From contig JBITNC010000001.1 of the NCBI GenBank assembly GCA_050084985.1, positions 160,952,001 to 161,016,000 of the forward strand: DNA of 64,000 nt, in the 5' to 3' direction. A model generated the notes under the pieces. That model did no database searches. It was given only the letters and a program-made list of their open reading frames with translations, and was not told the origin of the DNA. The stretch comes from Nageia nagi (Eukaryota; Plantae; Pinophyta). Shown piece after piece: positions 1 to 11,986 of this stretch. How positions within the stretch are numbered: the first letter of the stretch is position 1; every line of letters begins with the position of its first letter. A program made the position numbers and the translations under genes.

Positions 1-459
1 ATTATCCCTTTTCCTAAACATCAAACTCATCTAAAGCAAATCCTCCAAAATCATCCCCACACATTTGAAAAACATTGCATATTAGGTAGGTACACATTTT
101 AGAGAATCCAAGGTACTAACTTGTCAAACTAACGCATCTTCTTTAACTTCACTGTATTACCTTGTTATCCAGCTTCCATTAAAGTAGGTGATTTCAGTTC
201 TTAGCTTAGAAAATGGCAACAAATGCTCAGATAATTCCAACAAGGTTTTCGTACCATGAACGAGGAATGCTTCATTCTCATATACAGTTCACTGGTTTCT
301 TCATTGTACGGTACAGTTCTAGGAAAAAAATACACTTTCTTTGCTGAGCATGAACTCGGCCATATCCTGACAGAATTCAAAAGCTAATATGATAATATCA
401 CTGTCACCGCAACCATTTGACTCAAATTCTTTATAAACCCCAGCTCTAATTCTTTGAAA

Positions 460-1504
460 TCTAGAGCATCCATCTAGGTGATTACACCGACTTCGAGGCG
501 TTATGAATACTCCTATGGTTGGACATGGCATGGCACATTTGGCATCCCAAGACATCAAACAGCTCCCACACTTGTACGTTGGGCTTGTGAGGGCATCTAG
601 ACCTCCTTCGTTGAGCATTTGGCATCCCTAGGACCCTAAATCACACTCTTGGAGGTTTGCTAGCTTGGACGTTGATACCGAGGCACATGGAAGTCTCCTG
701 TTGTCCAACATTGGCATTCTTGGCCCTTGGATGTGATCGCTCTCATCCCAAGGCATCCTATCTTGGACGTTGGCATTGAGAGAACACGGATCAATCTTGT
801 AAGTCGTTGGATCAACTCAATTCGAGATTAGAAGATGAATCACCTTGCCTATAAAAGGAATCTTGGAACACATGAGATATGTTGAATTTATGATTGAACC
901 CCCTTCTATCGGATTGAGTGAGAAAACTGTTTCTTTGCCACTTGTAGTCGCTCATTTGCATTTGAGGTCTTGAGGTGATTGAAGGCTAGCCTCTTGCTTA
1001 CGCCAACCATTCAAGAGAGGAACTCTAGTTGTTCCATCATTAGAGAGATAAGGAAGCCCTAGGCTTGGCCTTGTCACTGATGCAATTAGTAAGGCCCTAG
1101 AGCCATCCACAAGAACCCTATTGGAGGCAACCCCGATGTAAGCTCCTTAGGTACCAAAAATGCCATCACTACAGCACTCTCATCGAAGCTATTGTAATTG
1201 TGGTTCTCTCATTCCATAATTCAATAACATCATTTGATGTCATTATTGTCTATTGTCTCATTATGCTTGGACGTTGGATCTGGAAGTGTATTTTGCATTG
1301 TTAATTCATATTTTGGCTTCCTAAGACCCTATGTTGGGTATTTGTGTGCTTTTGATGAGTATTTTCTATATTTCTGCTAATTATAGCTAGACGTTGGGTT
1401 TATTGTGTAATTTTGTGCTTAATTGGTGAGATTAAAAGCTTCAAGGCAAACCTCGCTCTACTGGGGCATGTTTGAGTATGAGCCAATGGCTTGGGCTCAT
1501 CACA
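460..1504 (+). mobile_element. 5'-truncated LTR fragment, related to the solo LTR at 29685-31136
   Basis: Ends GGGCTCATCACA like 31125-31136; shares internal blocks (GCACATGG..., GTTGGATCAAC...GATTAGAAGAT); the TG start is missing. Confidence 0.7.
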
Positions 1505-1718
1505 GCTTTTGATGGATATTTACTCATCTAATTATAACTAGTGAGTCCATCACATAATGAAGATATTTCATGCATGTATAATTCCTCATGGATATAGTTT
1601 GTCCATCGGATCAAATTCATGAACAAAGTCCTGCACATAACAACATTTAGAATCAAAAGCTGTGCATATCCTAATTTAGATTTGTTCCTCAAGACTACAG
1701 CTAATTGGTGATACCTAG

Positions 1719-1945
1719 TCACTCAAACTGACTTTGAAGATTATACTAGACATTCAACATCTTATCAACCTTGGCATTTAATTTCTTACTAGCAGAACAA
1801 GTCAATCCCCTCTCTCTATCGCCACTATACCCAATCACTCAAATTGACTTTGAAAATTATACTAGACATTCAACACCTTGTCAACCTTGGCATTTAATTT
1901 CTTACTAGTACAACAAGTCAATCCCCTCTCTCTACCGCCACTACT
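1719..1945. repeat. Tandem duplication, two copies, 116-bp period
   Basis: TCACTCAAAyTGACTTTGAArATTATACTAGACATTCAAC...TCCCCTCTCTCTAyCGCCACTA starts at 1719 and at 1835. Confidence 0.9.
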
Positions 1946-2858
1946 AGATACGAGTTTTTATCTTGCACCCTTTTGGAGGTGAAATTTGACTATTTTCCCC
2001 ACAAGACACATCACTCCCTCAATTTCTGTCCTTCTAAGTTTTGTCCTAGGAATCACTGGTTTAGCAAGGAGTGTAAGTATATGCACAAGAGACCCTGCTT
2101 TACTATAGCCCATGACCCTTATACATACTTTCCACACAAAGAGATTCTTGTTGGACATGATGTTGCCAGACCACTTGGAACATGGTGACCATACAGCCAA
2201 AGGGTAAGCTAGTTTCAAGAGGGACCTTTGGACTATTGACCATATCTTCATAGATATCACTAAGGAGTCTTTTATTGTTTTGTGGATTTCAAGAAGATCT
2301 TTCACATTATTCCACGCCATTTGCTTCACCAGAAGCTACCCACCATTGCCATTTATGATACTTTCATTATTGACATCATGAGGCTTTATTAGACAATAAT
2401 TGGTTGATTCATGATTGCTAATGGACTTTTGGATGTCATCAATAGTACAATTGGTGTAAAACAAGGATGTCATCTTTCACCAACTCTCTTCAGCACTTAC
2501 ATAGATGGCCGTGAGGATTTTCATCGGTTGCACAACTGCATTGATAACATTTGTTGGTTGCATCACATCCAAATTGTTATACTTCTTTTTGCAAATGATG
2601 TGACCCTCCTCTCTCACTCCCTTGAAAGCTTTCATAGATAGCTGGATGCACTCGCTTAGCTCTACGAAACTAGACAACTAATAGTTAACCTTAGCAAGAC
2701 TAAGGTCATGATCATTAATACCTCTTAAGATGCTCTCTCCTGATTTTACTTCTATAAAGGGGAACCAATCGAGATCACTACTTACTACAAACACTTACCT
2801 AGGGGTTCAATTCTTTGGGCCATCTTTTAGCCTAAAATCGGCATCAAGTTACATCCTT
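1946..2858 (+). mobile_element. Degenerate LINE reverse transcriptase fragment (non-L1 type, RTE/RTEX/L2-like), cut by the LTR at 2859
   Basis: Translated motifs FVDFKKIF, GVKQGCHLSPTLFSTYID, LLFANDV (YADD equivalent), VNLSKTKVM, with stops and frameshifts. Confidence 0.85.
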
Positions 2859-3607
2859 TATAATGTCCCAAATTACATAAATAATTCTTCACACTAATTA
2901 GGGCAATTCCAACCTCAATCATACAAGAAATATCCACAATAATTGCGACCAAAGAAATACAAATCGGAATTATTATGATCTCAAAATGCAAGTACAATGG
3001 CCCAAAGGGCTAGGCATCTAGCTTAGAAGGTTAGATCTCAAGCAGTACAAACTATAGATGCACCAAGAAGGTTAACGCCATATCAATAGGGCCTCTAACC
3101 CCCAAATCTAAGATGAAGGAGACAAGCTACACCCCCTCGAACTTGGACACACAATTGAAGGAGCTCTCCCACGCCTGAAATGAAGGAAGGAGTGTAACCT
3201 CGAAATACCATCGGATGAACTAAGGAGTGTGAATCCTCTGTCGTAGATCTAGAGGCCTCTCTACTCCTTTAAACCCTCCATTGTGTTGCACAAGAGGAGT
3301 AAGGATGGCACTACACCGGGTCTCTCCGAGAGAAGACTAAAGGTGATTGAATTAGCCAAAGATTAGATGGATCCTCTTTATGGTGCAAATACTCCTTTTA
3401 TGTTTGGACGTCCTATGGGGGACACTAGATCTCACCTAGGAATCATGCTAAATTGTGCACCTCATTCCAAAGCTCATAATTGACCTTGAGATCATTACAA
3501 CTACTCCTAGATACCTCTAAGAGGGAGACGTCCCACGTTGGGCTCACAATTGGTCTCTCAGACCCACAAGTCTCCCATCCCAAGATATCATTAATACATA
3601 AGGACTT

Positions 3608-5464
3608 TGTTAAGGGAGTTTTCTTTCCTACCCTGCAAGGTTCAAGAAAAATGTCAACATCTTAGGTGGAAGAGCGTTACCCCTTCCTGCTATGTGGACC
3701 GGTTACCTCAAAGGTCCCTCTTAGGGCTTGCAAGAATGAGACTCAAAGAACGACTAAGATGTTTAAAGTTGCCACCAACACAAATATCATTTGTTTACCA
3801 AAGAATAAGATTATCTCAGTACCTAGATAGAATTGTTTCCCAAAAACACTAAACAAAAGGGTACGAAAACCACACAAAGAAAGTGTAAAATAAAAGAAAA
3901 TGGCGAATAGACAATGGGTACAAGAATTAAACACCAGCATATTCTTACTCACGAACTTATGCAGGGTATTATAAGTCGACTCTCCTAAGCTCGGTATAGG
4001 TTCCATGTACCCGAATCCACTCCACTAGCCAACAACACGAATGGCCTAGTGGAAGGAACGTGAAGCTATGGAAAGGATGGCAAATGATGGAGTGAAGGTA
4101 GTTTCGGAAAAGTGGGGTGAAGTTCCTAGAATGAGCAACATAGGGGAGCCATTCCAAGATGCACAAGTCTAAAATGCAAACAATGCAAATAGCAAAGTTC
4201 TTCAAATTGTAAAGTGTCTAACCCCCAACAAATGAGCCATTAAGGGCTATAAATAGTTTTGTGGAAACTCCAAGTGTTGCCCTAACCCTAACACATCATG
4301 AGATAAATAAATATGTTCCAATGAAAAGTCACCACATGGTGTTACAAGACTTCTTCCAATACTTGTGGGAGCAAATCCTCATCCATCACAAGATTGGGAA
4401 TAACATAATAATTATTAAAGTTCTCAAATATAAAATGTTTTGCGAAAATTTGCGAAAATAAATAAAATAATCTCAAAAATAACTAAGTTTGTTGCATCAT
4501 TCTTCTAGCCTCAGGTTGCTCATGATTTCGTCTTTTGTTAAGCCCGAACTTGTTAAAATTCCACCTTGAACTCCTCTAGGTTCCCTCCCAAGTCAGGCAC
4601 ATGCTACAGAAAGTCAAATTTTGTCTTTTTTCCCAATGTGCCCATCCTACGAGTCGTCCTAGCTTGAGCGCTTGCCTCTTGATGCCCAGATTTGCCATTT
4701 TTGAACATCCGAGTGCAAGACTTAACCATAATTTTGCCTTTCTTCTCATCCTGAGCTCCTTCTTGGTTGGGCGCATGCCACAAAAAGTCAAAATTTTGTC
4801 TTTTGGGAGCATGCACCAGCACTCTTGGGACCAATTTGTGATGGATACTAATCTTGAATGTTCATGCCTTAGTCAAATTTTGTCCTGAGAGCGACCTAGA
4901 TGGCTTCTTGATCTAGGCGCATGCCACAGAAAGACAAAATTTTGTCTTTATGAGCCATGCATTGGGTCTCTAGGAGAGCCAGATTGACCACTTCGCCTCA
5001 ACATTTCGTCTTCTCAGTCTGTCGTATGCTAAAAAAAGACAAAAACTTGTCTTCTGGAGGCATGCACTGGGCCTTAGAATGCCTCAATTTGCTTCACTTG
5101 CCTTCCATCTTGCCCTAGGCATCTCCTTGATCTGGGCGCATGTCACAGAAAGATAAAATTGTCTTTTTGAGACGTACGTTGGGTTGCTGGGGTTGCCCTT
5201 AACCCTGCTTTGGCTCAATCTTGACCTAGATTCCCTAATTTTCAATTTTTCACCTAGACTCAATTTCTCAATTCCAAACTTAGTCATTTTTTGGAAATTT
5301 CGAGCTTGATATAACAAAGCTAAGACTAGGTGAATTGTAACACTCAGGTTCGGCATGACCACATGGTCGAAGCTTTAAGATAGGCATGACATTGTTGGGG
5401 CAAAAAAAATGCGGAGGGTCCCAAAAATCGGAAGATTTTGGGACATGTTATGCTAGTCACAACA
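3608..5464. mobile_element. Solo-LTR-like insertion (1857 bp, TGTT...AACA) inside the 3' LTR of the 2859-15598 element
   Basis: Absent from the sister LTR at about 15425; TG/CA ends; degraded 5-bp TSD GACTT/AACTC. Confidence 0.75.
4597..5168. repeat. Array of five palindromic motifs GCGCATGCCACAGAAAGACAAAATTTTGTCTTT separated by dissimilar spacers
   Basis: Copies start at about 4597, 4771, 4917, 5021 and 5136; perfect 20-bp palindrome at 4930-4949. Confidence 0.85.
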
Positions 5465-6109
5465 AACTCCTAATTACAACTAAATACAAAGTATCATCAC
5501 AAGAATAGGGACTTCTCACAACTAGAGACAATAACATGCTAAATCACTCCTAACTATTAGAAAGAATACATTGAATGTACTTAAGCGCTCCTCCAAAGGA
5601 GACATCTCACACCAAATAGTCCACAAGTGATAGCAAAGTGTAATTTCAGATTTTGGTACATTACAAGTTCACCCCTCTCGAAATTGCATTGCTTGCCCTC
5701 AAGCAATGTTGATCTTCTTCAATAGTAACAAATATCCCAATGTCAAGATCCATGAAGCAGTGCCAATCTTCTTCAACAGTAACAAATGCAACATCAAGAT
5801 CCATACATGCTGAAACTGTGATGATTTCATTGTCATCTTTCATGTCTTGCAAATAAGCATATATGAAATCTACTAGCTCATGTTTAATAATCCTTTCCTA
5901 CATACCAAAGTCAGTTCTGATTTTTCTAGCAAAAACAGTCTGGATAATCATAGACATTGACATGATGAAGCAAGCAAAGCAAAAGAGGTTCAGACCTGAT
6001 GCATGTTACAAACTCAAGATCAAACCAAAATGCAACCCAAAACTCCTTGCAAGAATCTGTTCCAAAGAGTCCCCAAACTACTGTCGCAAACTTCACTAGT
6101 GCAGTCTTG

Positions 6110-9100
6110 TGTAACATGTGCAACATCCCTAAAATGATATTGCAGAGAATAATACAGAAATATAAATTTCAAAACTGTAAATATTCAAGAAATGCACCAA
6201 ATTTGACAAATTTCGCCACAACACAAACACAAATTTTATTAGAATATTTTGTCACCACATACATCAAACAGCCAAAAGGGTACCCAGAAATGTCCTTGAA
6301 TCCAACTCCAGCCCTAAATCTCAAATATGGATGCAGCCACAATATGAAAGCCTAAAATCTGAATTTCTGGATAAGCAACAATCCAAGGTAACTGCCTCTG
6401 AAACCTCCAATCCAATAGCAAGGATCAGCCTTGTCTATCAAACCAATTCCCTATGGAAGAATGGGATCAGCCCTAATTCTCCACAAGGATGTCAAAGGAG
6501 CAACCTTCAACACAAAATCACAAGAGAAAATAACATAATATAACCCTAAAATGGAGCACTCAACATATATATAGACATTCTATTTCTTTGTTGAGAAATA
6601 AAACCCCAAAACAACTTAAAGCACCTTATAACACTTTTGTGTTCTAATTCTTCATTGTGTGGCCCCCACAACTTAAGCCACATTATTCCTACAACACACT
6701 AATGATTAAAATATAACATATCACTAGCCTAACATGGACATCCCCTTTCTCATAGCATAATAACGACATAAAGTGCACCTAAGTGAATGGAGAATTAAAA
6801 CATCATTGCTAGAATCAAAATGGGGACATTACAAGTCTGCCCCATACAATTTGCTTATCCTCAAGCAATTGTGAGGTTGAGTGAGCAAGAATCCCCTCTC
6901 CTTCCCAAGTGGCATCTTCTAAGGGCAAGCCTCTCCACTTTATCGAATATTCTCTGATCTCCTTACGTCTTAACCTTCTTTCTCTTACCTCTAAAATTGT
7001 TTTAGATTCAAGAATTAACTTTCCTTCACCATCCAAAGGTGGCAGCTCTATGGATGGAACTATATGTTGTCCTAATGCCCTCTTGAGACATGAAACATGA
7101 AATACATTGTGTATCTTACCATTGTCCGGTAATTCCATCTCATAAGCAACTTCCCCAATCCTACGTATAACCTTGTAAGGGCCATAAAAACATGGTTTGA
7201 GCTTTTTCGCACCACTCTTCTTCATTGTAGATTGCTTGTAGGGCTACATCTTGAAGTACACCATGTCCCCAACCTCAAAATGACACTCTATTCTTTGTTG
7301 ATCCGTGCATTTCTTCTGTGGTTTTGGGAAACCTAAATGTTTTCTTTGATTGCCTTCATGATATTCTGATTTTCCTTCACAAAATCCCTTTGCTTTTGGT
7401 ACCCTACTATCATTCAACAACATATCAATAAAATTAGGAGCATCATACCCATAAAGTGCCATAAATGGAGACATCTTAATTGACCTGTAGTAAAAGGAAT
7501 TATAGCAAAATTCCCCCAAGTGCAGCCATTTTATCCATGCATTTTGTTGCCCTAAGACATAATTTCTCAAGTACCCTTCCACCCATTTATCCACTATTTC
7601 AGGTTGTCCATCCGTTTGGTGGTAGTAGCTTGTACTTGGAGTCAATGTAGTGCCACATAGCATAAACAATTCTTGCCAAAACATGTGCTTAAATCTGTTG
7701 TCCCTGTTACTTACAATTGTTTTTGGCAAGCTATGCAATTTGAACACTTCTCTAAAAAAACAAATCAGCAACCTGTATAGTTGTATAAGTGACTGAAATT
7801 GCATAAAGTGTGCATATTCGGTCAACCTATCCACAATAACATAGATACAATCCTTACCAAGGAAGACCCATGATGAAGTCCATGGATATAATTTCCCACT
7901 TTTGGTTGGGAATAGGCAATGGCAGAAGCAAACCAGCAGGCGAAGTATTTCCAACCTTGTTCTCTTGACATGTGGTAGACTCCCTCAAATGTCTAAGCAC
8001 ATCCTCCTTCAATCCCTTCCAAAAAAAACCTCTCATGTACCTACCTATAGGTCTTGAAAAACCTTGGGTGTCCCACCATAGGAGCATCATGCATAGAAAT
8101 GATCAATTTGTCTTTTAGCTTGGATTCTGGCACTATGAATATCCTCCTTTTGTAAAAAATCAGACCATCTTTAATGTTGTACCTGTCATCATTAATGTTG
8201 CCATCAAGAAGGTTAGATGTGAACACATTCTTTGCATACTCAGCCATAATTGCAACCTTCCAATCTGCTGTAATAACTGAAATAGCATGAACAGTAGGGG
8301 TCCTAGACAAAGCATCAGCTGCTGAATTCTTTTTCCCTTTCACAAACTTTATTTCAAAGTAATATCACTGCAATTTTGTGACCCAACTAAGTTGCCTATC
8401 ATCAAGATCATGCTGCCCCAAAAAGTACTTCAAACTATTATGATCAGTTCTAACAACAAACTTGCCCCGAATTTGGTCAAGGCATGCATTATCGCAAGCA
8501 TCTCCTTGTCATAAATGTTGAATGAACGCTCCATGGGAGTAAGCTTCCTATTCTCATAGGCAATGGGACGTCCTTGTTGCATGAATATAGCTCCAACACC
8601 TACACCTGAAGCATCACAATCAATAGTAAATGGCAAAGAGAAATCAAGGATTGCAAGCAAGGGTGCAGTAGTCATCACTTCAATGTCTCAAAGAACTTTT
8701 GTGCTTCATTACCCACACAAAAGCTCCTTTCTTTGTCAACTCAGTTAGAGGGGCTGCCAAGGCTGAAAACCCTCTAATGAAGCATCTATAGTAGTTGCAC
8801 AATCCTAAGAATCCCCTCAATTGGGTCAAAGTGTTAGGGATTTTGTACTGTTGTAATTTTTTCTTTGTCAACCGGTACACCTTCTTTGTTGATTATGTGT
8901 CCCAAATATAAAATCTCAGTCATTGCAAATTCACATTTAGACATTTTAGCAAAGAATTGTTGCTACTTCAAAATACCCAACATAACATATAAGTGATCCA
9001 AGTGTTCTTTCCATGAATGACTATAGACAAGTATGTCATCAAAATATACTAGCACAAACTTCCCAAATGAACTTTAAAATTTTGATTCATTGTTGATTGA

Positions 9101-11986
9101 AATGTAGCAGGTGCATTTGTCAACCCAAACGGCATCACCAAAAATTCAAAATGACACCTAAAGGCTGTTTTGTGTACATCCTCCTCTCTCATTTTGATGT
9201 GATGATATCCCGACCTTAAATCTATCTTAGAAAAGTACATTGCCCTATGCAACTCATCAATTAATTCATCAACCCTTGGAATTGGATACCTGTTTTTAAT
9301 AGTTTTATTGTTCAATGCCCTATAACCAACGCACATGCGTAAGGTTCCATCTTTCTTCTTGACTAACACAATGGCTGATGCAAAAGGACTACTAATTGGA
9401 CGTATGAACCCATTTTCCAATAACTCCTTGATTATTTTTTCTATCTCATCCTTATGCACTCTAGGATGCGTATATGGGTTAATCATGATAGGTTTTGTTC
9501 CTTCTTCCAACTCAATTACATGCTAAAATCCTCTATTGGGGGTCAATCCCTGGGGCATGTCATCAAACACTCTACCATGTTTTATCAAAGGAAACTGAAT
9601 TTGTGGATGAACATGATGGGAACTCTTACCTTTTGACATAAAAAGTGCAGCAGCCCATTTAACATCCCTTTTGTGCAAAATTCTCTCCATTCTTTTTTAT
9701 GTCACCTCCATGATCTTGGACGTTCCTCAACGGGACATACTCTCCTTGATGCCACACAACACAACCTCTTTCCCATTTGTTGTGAATTTTAACTCTTAAA
9801 GTTTTATAATTTGTAGTATGGTCACTAAGACAATACAACCATTGCACACCCAATACTATGTGTGGCATATCTCCCATGAGACAAACAAAGAAATCATCAA
9901 CAACAGAATAGTTTCTGAAATTAACCTTCACCTTCTTCACCATTTTGATGTATGCTACAAGGTTCCCATTTCCTATAGCTACATTAAACCCAGCAAAGGA
10001 TTGTGATTTTAATTTCTTCCTTCCAACAAATTTCTCATCAACAAAGTTACAAGTAACCCCTCCATCAATCAACACTACCACCTTTTCTACAACAAACTCA
10101 TTGGGCACTTTGATAGTCAAATACCTATTTGCACTACTCAAAGTGGCTGACGTTCCCCCTTGGGCATCCTCCTTGTATGATGGCTCCACAAAAGCTTGCT
10201 CATTTGAAGACTCATACTCATTTACAGATTCTTCCTCATCTAAAATACCCTCAATATAATAGATTTACCCCTTACCTTGACATTGGTGGTCTGGAACCCA
10301 TGGAGTTTTGCAAGTAAAGCAAAGTTTCTTCCTTCTTAGCTCATTACGCTCCTCTCTAGTTGCCCTAGATGAAGACGTAGGGGGTCTAGGAAGTTGAAAA
10401 ACCAGTTTGGGAGGCACCAAACCCTTCCCTGGCTAGGATGCCACACTTTTCTGCCTTGGGTTGCCTGCATTATTCCCTTGAGATGGCCTAGATGACCCTG
10501 CTTGACCGGATCTGAATGATGGTGCTGTAGAAAACCTATATCTGGGTGGTGGTGCTTAAGAATCCAAAGTCAAAGCCTTTCTAATAGGATTCTGTAGTGT
10601 GGGAGGCTCAAATGCATTCACCCATCCACGCAATGGGTCTTTCAAACCCTCTATGAATAGGAACATCACCCTCCTGGGTGAAACATTTTAAACTATAACA
10701 GAAATTCTCTCAAACTCCTCAATGTAATCCTCGAAAGTGCCAATCTGACTAAGTGTAGCAAGCTCCCTGAAATACTATTCTACATCTCTATGTTCGAATC
10801 TATCCAAAACCCTCTGACTAAACTCATCAAAAGAGGTAATCCCTCCATGGCCTTGTGTACTTAGTCCATGCTGCCACAAAGCATAGGCTACAGCATCCAA
10901 ATGCATTGTAGCAAATCAAACCACATCTTCTTCAACCATTGTAGGGCTGAGAGAAAAATAAGTTGTAATTTTTGGAGCAATGCCTTAGAAGACAAACCCT
11001 CACTCCCATTAAAGACAAGAATCGACATTTTTTGTTGCAATTTCTTCTTCGCTTCATGCCTTTTTCCACTACCAACTCTTCCATTAAGGAAACTTTGAAA
11101 ATTCACCACGTTCTTGAACTCCTCAAATTTACTCTAATATTCCACAAATAGGGTGTCCATGTCATCATGCTCAAGTTCATTTTGCCACACAAACATAGGT
11201 TTGATCGGTCATGGCAATGGGGGCAAAGTATTTCTCATAGAAGTCTCGCTTCTCTGCTCCTAGTTCACCCTAGTGGAGGTTTCCCACTGATTAAGGTTAC
11301 CCCTTCCATGTGAAGATTCACTCTGGTTAGGGTTTCCTATGAGATTTTCCTTCTGAAGCATTACTGATTGAGTCAACAAGTTTAGCATGGTGTCAAATAT
11401 CTTCTCAGTCTCATCCCTAGTGTCCTCTTTAGGGTATCTTCATTCCTCTACCATAACCACAATTGCCTCCTCTTCAACCTCAACCTCCAGCTCTAGATGC
11501 TCTTCCCCTAGATTAGGGTTTTCTCCTTTTGAGTTGCTTCTCAAAAAATATCTATGCCCTAGCTGTATATAGGATTACAATATCCAAAAATGCCCTCGAA
11601 TCCAATTCTAGCCCTAAATTTGAAATATGGAACACAACCTCTGAAGCCCTAAAATTTGTATATTTGGAGCACAAGAGAAAATAACATAACATAAACCCTA
11701 AAATGGAGCACTCACCATATATATAGACATTCTATTTCTTCGTTGAGAAATAAATCCCTAAAACGACTTAAACCATCTTATAACAATTTTTTGTTCTAAT
11801 TCTTCATTGTGTGGCCCCCACAACTTAAGCCACATTATTCCTACAACACACTTAACATTAAAATATAACATATTACTAGCCTAACATGGGCATCCCCTTT
11901 CTCTTAGCATAATAATGACAATAAAGTGCACTTAAGTGAATGGGGAATTAAAACATTATTGCTAGAATCAAAATGGGGACATTACA
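6110..11986 (-). mobile_element. Chromodomain Ty3/gypsy (chromovirus, Reina/IFG7-like) retrotransposon, degenerate. 3' LTR 6110-6833; 5' LTR remnant 11581-11986
   Basis: Perfect 5-bp TSD TCTTG (6105-6109, 11987-11991); TG...CA ends; PPT next to 6833; domain order gag-PR-RT-RH-INT-chromodomain. Confidence 0.95.
6837..11570 (-). pseudogene. gag-pol polyprotein pseudogene of the 6110-11986 chromovirus
   Basis: PR LIDGGVTCNF; RT VLVKKKDGTLRMCVGYRALN, KIDLRSGYH, YFDDILVYS; RH CDASGVGVGA; INT HDAPMVGH, ISMDFIMGLP, TDGQPE, GPYKVI; chromodomain IKWRGLPLEDATWE; many frameshifts and stops. Confidence 0.95.

Noticed and set aside
319-618. 99-aa ORF as a host exon
   Set aside because: It spans an LTR fragment boundary and shows no RRP6L3 similarity.
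4597-5168. CRISPR array
   Set aside because: Eukaryotic LTR context, irregular spacers of about 70-140 bp, degenerate repeats and no cas genes.
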